Shown in pieces: positions 1 through 7,889 of a stretch of DNA of 9,265 nt. Under the pieces are notes generated by a model, which saw only the letters and a program-made list of their open reading frames with translations, had not been told where the DNA came from and did not search any database. Source of the stretch: Geosiphon pyriformis uo1. Taxonomy: Eukaryota > Fungi > Glomeromycota. The position numbers and the translations under genes are program-made. The number at the start of each line of letters is the position of its first letter. Position 1 is the stretch's first letter. Location of the stretch: contig JAAOMT010000395.1 of the NCBI GenBank assembly GCA_016748015.1, positions 1 through 9,265 on the forward strand, given 5' to 3'.

Positions 1-960
1 CTACAACCATATATCAACCCTAATAGGAGGATAGACCAAAATCCGGCTCGCCTGCTGCTATCCCCCATAAGACCCTCCCAATCAAACCAATTAAACAAAT
101 GGTGGGCCACTCATGTTATGCGCCTGTGCTCAAAATCACGTATATATAGCCTTGTACACCCTTTACCATGTATATTGGTAAGACTGGGGATATCTGAGGG
201 GGTGGGTACTATGTCTTCCTTATGTACCAAAGATCTATCCCTCATGGGTATCCTGCCCCTATGTACCTTGTACCCAGGAGTACTCCATTTGTAGGGGATA
301 AAAGGGGGTCGTGCCCAAAGGGGCTACAACCGAGTATCCTTAAAGGATTCGTATCTTCCATGTACCTCTAGAGTAACCTAGGAGGAGTAGGGCCATCCCC
401 CCAGGGGGTGGGCAAAAGGAAAAAGGGTGTATGGTATACAAGGGGGGGGTCTATGGGTTACTCAAGCAAGGTAAAGCTCCAAAGCAACTAAAAATCAGAC
501 AATAGGGCCATACATCCATCCCGCTACTAAGGTAATAGTAGCTATGGTCCGCAGGGAGTAGGTTGTCTTATTTAGAAGAAAGTAATCAAGCAGCCGTATA
601 TGTACTCCTATTATTATATGACAAGTACCCAAAACAAATACTCACCATTAGGGACCATGGTAAAGCCGGTACTAGAAGTAGAGATCCACAGCCCTCTGCG
701 AGGTAAATCAAAGCTTGTACAGAGGGATCCTAAGGAGTATTTATGTAGGGTCTACACAAGTCAACAGGCATATGAGGATGCTACAACCTATATTCAATCC
801 CTAACTATTCCAACGATACCTTTATGTAACCTGTAGCTCTACTTGTTGTATTCTTGTGTACAGGGGATACTATTTCGGGACCTACAGCCATTAACCATCC
901 TAGATGAGGGCTACCCAATATTAACCCCTCACAAATTAGAGTACCAAATAAAGGATTTGG
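1..960 (+). pseudogene. cob: Cytochrome b-derived sequence, partial copy inside terminal repeat
   Basis: Same motifs as above. ORF 600..836 is an in-frame piece of the C-terminal part (KP...HSPLRGKSKL ~ [20 protein letters not shown]). Confidence 0.75.
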
Positions 961-1060
961 GGAACCTCTTGACAATTGGAGTTTGTGTATGAGGCCAATA
1001 GGATCCACTCATACAAAGGGTTTTGTTCACAATACCTAAGTTGAGGGGTGGGGGGCTACC
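930..1060 (+). pseudogene. Possible nad4L remnant (tentative)
   Basis: tttgtgtatgaggccaatagga (982-1003) resembles F-x-V-C-E-A-A-x-G-L with deletions; tta gag at 935. Essentially one motif, with poor spacing. Confidence 0.2.
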
Positions 1061-1185
1061 ATCCAACTCCATTACGATCCCATCATAACCTCTCCCCGAT
1101 CCCAACTGGTTAAAATGCTCATACTGTAGACAATGTCCAAACAGGAACATCAATTGTTACCACAATACCCATAAAGTGGAGTTCA

Positions 1186-1245
1186 TGTGTGTGTGTTGGT
1201 GGTGTGTGGTGTGGGGGGGGGGGGGGGTGGTGGGTGGGGGGGGGT
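1186..1245 (+). promoter_or_regulatory. G/T-only tract with G15 and G9 runs; candidate control region/origin, G-quadruplex-capable
   Basis: 60 nt contain only G and T: (GT)n, then G15 1213-1227, GG, GGG, G9 1236-1244. It lies in the only clear intergenic gap. Function is inferred. Confidence 0.45.
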
Positions 1246-1254
1246 CAGATATTG

Positions 1255-1990
1255 AGGTCTGAGTACGTGTCCATTTCTAGATTTGGGGACTGTTGACAAA
1301 GAGTAAGGTAAAATACCTAATCATGGCCCATATGGGGATTTGTGGTGTTGATACCAATTATCCTAGCAAGGGGCCTTATTGGTGGGTACATTATAGGACT
1401 TTATACCTGTAGTGGTCATAATCATCTAAAGCCGTTCAGTGCTCGCTTGCAGGGCTTATGACTCAGTTAGCGCTTCTATCTATCTCTAGTATATCGCACA
1501 TATGGCTAAGTACAAGGATCTAAGCGGGTATACTAATACCAGGGGGGTCTAATATCTAATAGCCTTGTACCTTACTTTGTATAGGGCTCCAGTGGCTTTA
1601 ATGGTAGCCAAAGCGTATAGACTTATAGACGCCTCTCTCTAGTAGTCAAAATCAACCTTTGACAATGATGGGATTGGTATCCATATGTATCTCCTGACTA
1701 GGATGACTTGATCTACTAGGCATTTCAAAGGGGGGGGGGGTAGGTATGGGTCATTGATGGTCAATTTACTCTAGAGGGATCCATGAGGGGGTATCGGACA
1801 AGAATTGATACGGGCCACAGTCTTAGGAGCTTATGGAACCAGCAAAATTAGCCATAGCCAATAGAGCTTCACAAGCTTAAGCATATACATTCTTTGTACT
1901 AAAAGTTCACACAAGTCTCTAATAAGAGGGTTACAGAAGGACAAACTTGGATCCATGAACCAATACTCTATTCTATGTAGTGTGTACTCG
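1255..1990 (+). pseudogene. nad1: NADH dehydrogenase subunit 1-derived sequence, frameshifted/cryptic
   Basis: aag ggg cct 1368 ... gtg ggt ... gga ctt (RKGPN.VG..GLL); ggg tct aat 1545 (GW.SN); gta gcc aaa 1604 (VAQ); cta gag gga 1771 ... gta tcg ga 1791 ... ga tac ggg (L.EGESELVSG...EY); gac aaa ctt 1940 (RYDKL). Correct order. Confidence 0.72.
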
Positions 1991-2055
1991 GCAGGGGGGG
2001 CATGGTGTGGTCTTGTAGCTCTTACCATTAGGATCCAGTTCGAATCCCTATCTAG
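1991..2055 (+). tRNA. Degenerate tRNA-like element (possibly trnM-derived)
   Basis: Canonical T-loop gttcgaatcc at 2038-2047. A CT-CTT-AC loop at 2019-2025 is at about anticodon distance and one change from CT-CAT-AC. Stems do not pair convincingly. Confidence 0.3.
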
Positions 2056-2059
2056 AGTC

Positions 2060-2500
2060 CGTTACATTGGAATCCTGCAGCAGGGTACCTAGATCTTAAG
2101 GAAGCCTCTAATTACAGTACCCAATGAGTCCCCATGAGGCATCAAAGGGATGCATTGAACAAGTATTGAATTGGTCTTGGGAGCGCTTATCTATATTTCG
2201 CACTTATCAGTAGGTACTAATGTAATCATCTCCATAGTGGGGATTCGGAGTATCTCCAAGTACCCATAGGCTATTAACAATATAAAGGGCATAGTAAAAC
2301 AAATGTGTAAATCTATAACAGTCTCATTGCTTGGCCATCGCGATCAAAGGCTTCGCTTAAGCTGCTGTGACCTCGATTGAACCAAATTTCTCTAGAATAA
2401 TAGGGTCTGCATGCAACAACAGGATCCAACAAGCTTACATTTACAGCCTCTTAGAGGGTATGGTACTAAAGTCAGTCGATTCTAAGGGTATGTAGCTATG
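2060..2500 (+). rRNA. rrnL: Mitochondrial LSU rRNA (rrnL) remnant, domain V region
   Basis: aagtacccataggctattaaca 2258 (~AAGTTACCCTAGGGATAACA); gtgacctcgat-tgaa 2367-2381 (~GCGACCTCGATGTTG); gggtctg 2403 (~GGTCTGTTCG); ggtactaaag 2462 (weak match to sarcin-ricin AGTACGAAAGG). Confidence 0.62.
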
Positions 2501-2529
2501 GGATCTGTAGAATCCTAGCTGATGGGTAC

Positions 2530-3180
2530 TTTGGGATTGGTCAAGCTGAAAATAAGGTAAGGGCGGTATTGGCAAAGCTTCTATAGGGATATCGCACTGA
2601 CTTTGCTTGTTCAAGTCAGATCTCCAGTTTACATGAGGTATGTCTAATAGTAAGTAAGAGTACTTCTATATCTAAGCAAAGGGTAAAAGCTACAGCAACG
2701 TCCCCATAAAGCCTAGATACGCGTCGCATATCTCAATTTCGCAAGCAGCCGGCTAAAGTATGTGTGCAAGCACTCTGAGGCTCCATCTCGCAAAAGGATA
2801 GCTATGGGATCCCATCCATGCACGGATCACTCAACAAAGCCTTCCCAACCCTTGTAATCCGTCTTCATATGCCAAAGCTTTGCCGAGCTATAGTAAAAGT
2901 GCTTTGACAAAGTTATCTGTATCAAATGGGGACCAAGTCCCAAATCAAAGCGCATATCTGTCGCATGGTAGTTTATTGCTGACCATCCTAACTAACTGCT
3001 CAGTTTCTAGAGGGTAAGTAGGGGGGGTGGGAGGGATCTGGGGGGGGTATGGGTACCAAAGCTTTATGCCCTCGCCTATCTCTGCAGAAGCGCGCCCAAT
3101 AGTCATGAGTACCAATAGTGCGATGGATCCATCACCAACCAAATACAAAGAGGCCCATAACCATAAGGGGTCCCTCACCA
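2530..3180 (+). rRNA. rrnS: Mitochondrial SSU rRNA (rrnS) remnant
   Basis: In order: ttggtc 2537 (5' end motif); gcaagcagccggctaa 2741 (~GCCAGCAGCCGCGGTAA, 530 loop); aaatcaaag...tgtcg 2942 (~AAACTCAAAGGACTTGGCGG); ctagagg 3008; atgggtac 3049 (~ATGGGCTAC); gaagcgcgccca 3087 (~GAAGCGCGYACA). Confidence 0.62.
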
Positions 3181-3950
3181 AATCCCCCAACATACTCAAT
3201 ACCCTAAGGATGCTTAGCAAACCCTGTGTATTAAACGTATAGCCTGGCCAGGTATCACCACTCCCAAGGGACCATATGGATGGTCCTCCAACAAAAGTAG
3301 GAGATCAAAAAAATTAAACAAAAACCAACCCAAACAAGTACAAATTCTGGATCTCCAATCAACAGGGGGGGGGGCTATACCTGTAATTACCAAATGGGTA
3401 CCAATACTTACAAACCCATAGTCAACATCCATCCATGTAGGCAAACTCCCACCATGTTGTACAGAGCCATATACTGACTATCAGTGGGTACTCACCATCA
3501 CCAAATCATCAAAGCTACCCTTAACTTATGGTATACAAAACGGACCCATTGGGTACCCAGAATACTTACTCCCTGTAAGCCAACAGGTTACCAAACCCTC
3601 CCATACCAACCATGGGTACCAACAAAGGACAACTCGATACCCTAGTGTACCATATGTACCCTATCAATAAATAAACTACCAACCATCCCACCATAAACCA
3701 CTGAACCCTACCCATTTTTTGGTATTGACAAGAAAACCCCAACAACCAAACCAAAACCAACCAAAAATGGTAGCCCAATAACTACTACCAACCAGCCAAG
3801 GATTTACCCCCCAAGGTTACCAGTCCTACAGGTCCCAAATGGGGCACCTAACATTACAACCACAACCATACCACAAGTAAACCAAATCTAGCCAGTTGCT
3901 AAACGCATACAATACCAACACTCAAGTGGGGACAAGGACGCATAGCAATA
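3180..3950 (+). pseudogene. nad4: NADH dehydrogenase subunit 4-derived sequence, frameshifted/cryptic
   Basis: aaa cgt ata 3233 (ERI/L); cat gta g 3434 (HVE); aag cta ... tat ggt ata 3512-3535 (KLG.YG); gac aac tcg ata ... agt gta . cat atg 3628-3656 (D.KSLIAYSSV.HM); tta ccc ccc 3804 (LPP). The N-terminal ~120 aa are not recognisable. Confidence 0.68.
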
Positions 3951-3959
3951 CCCAAACCA

Positions 3960-5075
3960 CCCCCATGACTCCCCAATAGGTCAAAAGAGCTTTCAAATCG
4001 GGTACAGCCCCCAATAATCCCAGATAAGCCATAAAATACACCAAATACCCACTTGTACAACCATTATACAAAATCCAAACTTGTTTCCCAAAATTTGTGT
4101 GTACCATATCCTACCATCAACAGGATACCCAATACCGATCCCCTCTCCAATACCCCTTTGTAACAGCCCTCAGGACAACAACCAACAAAGGAGTCCCTAC
4201 ATCCCCCTCTCCCCTACCCCCGGTTTGTCTGACCCAAACCAGAGGGATCATCACCACCCAACCCCACCCGCTTATAAACCAGGGTCCATCTACTACTCTA
4301 GGGGTCCATAGGATCCGGTACCCAATACCCAAATCACAAAACTACCAGCAAATACCTACCTCTGCTTTACCCCAGGCTTAGCCAATACATCAACCAATAC
4401 AACCCATATTGACCAACAAAACCAGTCCAATCAACTACAACAGGATCAAACTACAAGTCCAAAATCCCTATCCCCAAAACCCTATGGGACAACCCAACTC
4501 CCCCGTCCCCTTTCACCCCGCAACCATTGGTACAACATAAAAAGGGTACCAAACCCAACCATACCATATACCTTCCCAAAACAACAACCATTGTACCAAT
4601 ATTACTCAGGTACCCAAAGCACAACCCCCTTAAACAAAGGTCCCTACCAAACTCCCCTATTACAAATACTTTACCACTAAACTCCCCGAACAATTACCTA
4701 CACATCTCCCTTATACCATAGTCACCACCAAATATTGGTAGGTAGCCCCATTGGGTGTCCAGCCAATCAAACAGGGTCTCCCCCCCCCCAACCCAGTACC
4801 ACACAAGTCAACCAACCCTCCAAGATCACGGATGTTTACCCATTGGAATACCACTCAAACCCTTGATCCCCAACCCAAACCACACAAGGTATCATCATAG
4901 ATTGGGGGTATCACACCACCAACAGTCTCAGGTAATGGTTGATACATCCTGTAATTGCGGGACGGGGAGGGGGGGTACCCGTACCACCAACTGCTACCAA
5001 AGTGGATCACAATTTCAGTGGGGACCGGTAAGATAAACAGGTACATACTTTCTACAAGGGCGAAGGCTTTATAGA
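3960..5075 (+). pseudogene. nad5: NADH dehydrogenase subunit 5-derived sequence, frameshifted/cryptic
   Basis: cat agg atc 4307 (NRIGD); aag tcc aaa atc cct atc 4455 (KSAQIPF); atg 4484 ... cca act ccc ccg tcc ... cac ccc gca acc 4494-4525 (AM..PTPVSAL.HS.T); cac 4800 ... caa gat 4821 (H.....QD). The long C-terminal part appears absent. Confidence 0.72.
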
Positions 5076-5079
5076 TCCA

Positions 5080-6405
5080 ACCGGATTAGGTTAATGATTA
5101 TTAAGATCTCTTGTGACCTGGATAGCCCTATAATAGGGCCCCCAACCTCTGACCCACCAAGGTAACAATCCATGGGATCCATTACTTACGATTTGACTAT
5201 AGGGTAGTACTGTATGTCCAAAAAAGGGTTGGTTGGGGGGGGTAAGGGGTAGGTAAGGGGTACTCAACGCCCCATTAAGTAGTATACAGCAAAAAAGGGT
5301 AGCCCTGTGGCTGGCAGCAAAGCATAGGCATGTAACAATCTAACGTTGTACTGGCCCCACCAGTTCATAGTAGCCCAAGCTTAAAAGGGGGGGGGTATTG
5401 GGGATCCCAAAACTAAGGGTACTAAAGTGTCCTATCAAAGCATCAATACGCAAATAGTCCAAACAGAATAGGGTCCTTTAACACCTACAGCATCCTATCT
5501 ACCCACCAAAAGCTTACCTGCCAGTGGTATCTGAAAACTTCCAGGATAATCATGTGTCAAGGGGTCCAACCAAAGGCATTGGGGTATGGCAAGCCAAAGG
5601 TATCCTGAATAGAGGTCATCAAAGCTCGCCGCAGAGGGGGTGGGCATCCATTCGAATCGGGAATTAGGGCAGTAGAGTGTATAAAGGGTACTCAGTTGAC
5701 AGGGGGGGGGGTGGGGTGGTTGACTGGATAGCCACCAGGGTCCGATCATGAGTCCCTAATAGGATAGCAAAGTCGGTTTGGATTTTGTATAGTAATTGCC
5801 AAGTTGCTTGTAGTCCTCTTTTTCCTAATAGGCAGCCCAACAACCTAACTTTATGGCCCCATGATAGGCATGCTCATGTACTTATACCAAATTGGGTAGT
5901 TGGGGAGATATCCATAGTAACCGTACCCAAAAACCGCCATTAGGGCCTAAAGACCCATACTAGACTAGATAGATAGCCTAATACATAACCCTTGTGGATA
6001 TGAGTACCATTAACCATACCAAACCATGCACCAAATATGCCAAAATCCTTACAAAGGCTACCACAAAACCAGCCATAACCTTATGGGTTCTAGAGGCTCC
6101 AAGTACTGAGCGAGAGGGTAGCTCAAGTCAAGTCTTATTTTGTAAACTCGTCATGGCTAAATGGTCCAATCACTGCAAAAGGCTTGGTTGTGTAACTATG
6201 CTCGTCCCCAGGTAAAATTTCCAGGTAGATGGCAATCAATGGATGGTAATAGGGTCGCTCAAGTGGGTACTCATGTCAGTTGTTCCCAAATAGGTACTCT
6301 ACAGTACTTAGGGGGGGTAATGCTCATAGGGTCCTATTTTGGTTATCCTGACAAGGAGTATTGGGTACTACTAGTACTTGTTCACCAAGGACCCTTACCA
6401 TAGGT
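5080..6405 (+). pseudogene. cox1: Cytochrome c oxidase subunit 1-derived sequence, frameshifted/cryptic
   Basis: aac aat cta ... tgg 5334-5354 (NN.SFW); ggg ggt att ggg ~5391 (G.GTG); cac cta 5482 (SLHL); ctc gcc gca 5625 (LAG/A); aat cgg 5655 (DR); G run 5702 (GGG); tgg ata gc cac ca gg gtc 5725-5742 (WFFGHPEV with deletions); tgg ccc cat gat agg 5854 (WAHHM); ggc cta aag acc cat act aga cta 5944 (GIKIFSWL); cag tac tta ggg ... tat cct gac 6302-6352 (HFLG...YPD). Motifs fall in all three frames with near-expected spacing. Confidence 0.82.
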
Positions 6406-6409
6406 CCAC

Positions 6410-7095
6410 TATGCTCCTCCAATAAGTAATAGGTCATTCATCATCAAGGCTCCCTTGTACTCAGGTTACCATAGTACTCACATGGTCACGGGACCTCGAA
6501 TGGGACTATAGTATATTGGAGTATTTAGGGATCACAGGGGGTCCTTAGTTCATAATGGTACTCGTCAGTTACAAATAGAATCAACTTGCCAATACGAAAC
6601 AAAGGGGGTGGGGGGGGGGGTAAAGCAATAAAGTAACTCCTTGCAATCATTGTAGTAATGAGGCCCCCAACCAACTAACCCATACTGTATGCTAAAAACA
6701 AATAGGGACTAATAAAATCTGACCCCAATGATTGACCACCATTGGTACATCACAAAGCCTGTTCTCTGTGTATAATTAGCAGGTACTAACCTCTACTACT
6801 TGGCTTGTACCCAAATACCCAATGGCTTCCATCCATACAGCTTACAATAAATCCAGCTGCGCAGCCAATCCAAGCCTTAGGGTACCAAATAGAGTCATCA
6901 ACGACAGGGCTCCTTGGGATCCTAAAGGCAGATCACCTCCAATCCTCAGTACAAATACAAGTCATCCAAGTACAGGACTTATATCCAAGGAGGATAGAAA
7001 AATAAGCCCATAGGTAGGATCTCAATAATCAATCCAACCGTAAGTTCACTACCAGAATAGTAGTAATGGCTGGTAATACCAATCATAACCACTAA
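6410..7095 (+). pseudogene. cox2: Cytochrome c oxidase subunit 2-derived sequence, frameshifted/cryptic
   Basis: cat ggt cac 6481 (HDH); att gac cac cat tgg tac 6731 (IGHQWY); gtc atc aac gac agg gct 6894 (VIHSWA); ctt ggg atc cta aag gca gat 6913 (LG.K.D); aaa ata agc 6999 (EIC). Confidence 0.78.
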
Positions 7096-7099
7096 ATAA

Positions 7100-7700
7100 A
7101 GTATCCCAATCCATCCCCTATAGGATTAGTACCAATCCTTAAGGGTACTAAAAGCTTGTACAGTACCATCCCCTATAACCAATCCCTATCTCCACAACCT
7201 ACAATACCCAATCAAACCCCTCTAACCAACCCCCTGTATGGTGTTGTACCTATAGTTGAGTAACTATAACCCCTGAGGGCCCATCACAATCCTGTATACC
7301 ACCACAACCAAAACCATAGGACCTACCCAATACAAGTACCATCTATCTAAATGGGTGTTTTATACAAACCCGATAAAAATCCCCAATCAATCCTTCCCCA
7401 CCAACCAACCCAAACTGGTAGATTCAAGCAAGTATTCAAGCGGGTATTTTAGTACAAATCCAACTCCACCTACAAACAACAAAACATAATCAAACAGGCC
7501 GATAGAGTATAAACAAGCACACCTCTAATAAAACCCAACTCCTCCAGATGCCCCCACCACAGCCCATTAGTGGACAAATCAAATCCAGGATCCCATATAC
7601 AGGGATGCAATGCTTCTTATACCCAACAAGGGTCCCCAATACTGAATTACCTAAATAGTCGCCCAAGCCATCCAAGTATCAACCATACCCAATGGGATCC
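7100..7700 (+). pseudogene. cox3: Cytochrome c oxidase subunit 3-derived sequence, frameshifted/cryptic
   Basis: cat ccc 7112 (HP.HLV); gag ggc ~7275 (REG); tca agc ggg 7436 (SSG); cag gcc ... gag tat aaa caa gca cac ctc 7495-7525 (QA.EY.EAPF); gga tcc cat ata 7588 (G.HV); tac tga 7640 (YW, with TGA=Trp). Confidence 0.68.
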
Positions 7701-7880
7701 CAGTCAATCAAACCTTGTTGGGAAAGTCCTAGTAACAGGACCCCCAAGACTCTAAATCATACTTGGCATCTTGCAGTGAAAGTAGATAGGTCAAAAATTA
7801 AGAACCAAGTACTATCCCCAATAGGGTTACAATCCCATAGAGGTAAGTAGGATGGATGGTATTTCTAACCTGTACTATCA
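7700..7880 (+). pseudogene. Possible NADH dehydrogenase subunit 3 remnant (tentative)
   Basis: gga ccc cca aga ctc 7738-7752 (~GFDP...RLP); ttg gca 7763; tta-gaa ... cta tcc cca ~7798-7820 (~LEI.LL.P). The size fits the gap between cox3 and cob, but motifs are weak. Confidence 0.3.
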
Positions 7881-7889
7881 TGGGAGGCC

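Larger units (their letters stand above)
1..1221. repeat. Direct terminal repeat, copy 1 (matches 8045..9265); defines an 8,044-bp unit
   Basis: ctacaaccatatatc... recurs at 8045. The three ORFs at 600/805/929 recur with identical translations at 8644/8849/8973 (offset 8044). No mismatch seen by eye. Confidence 0.97.

Noticed and set aside
1798-1820. aagaattgatacggg as SSU rRNA GAATTGACGGG
   Set aside because: It fits better as part of the nad1 VSG.N.EY motif chain; the SSU motifs occur in order at 2530-3180.
3566-3778. Minus-strand ORF containing PMVGMGGFGNLL, resembling cox1 MP..IGGFGNW
   Set aside because: There are no flanking cox1 motifs on that strand, it lies antisense to the nad4 chain, and a G/T-rich strand readily yields G/F/V/L words. 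The cox1 chain is at 5080-6405 on +.
2945-5046. Hydrophobic-looking minus-strand ORFs as membrane proteins
   Set aside because: They are short and mutually overlapping, and are explained by the G/T bias of the antisense strand.
5395-5410. ggg gat ccc as the cox1 GGGDP motif
   Set aside because: Spacing places this at G.GTGW, with GGG at 5702. GGATCC is a genome-wide enriched word.
6490-6500. Second gacctcga resembling the LSU peptidyl-transferase motif
   Set aside because: It is an isolated 8-mer within the cox2 remnant with no flanking rRNA motifs.
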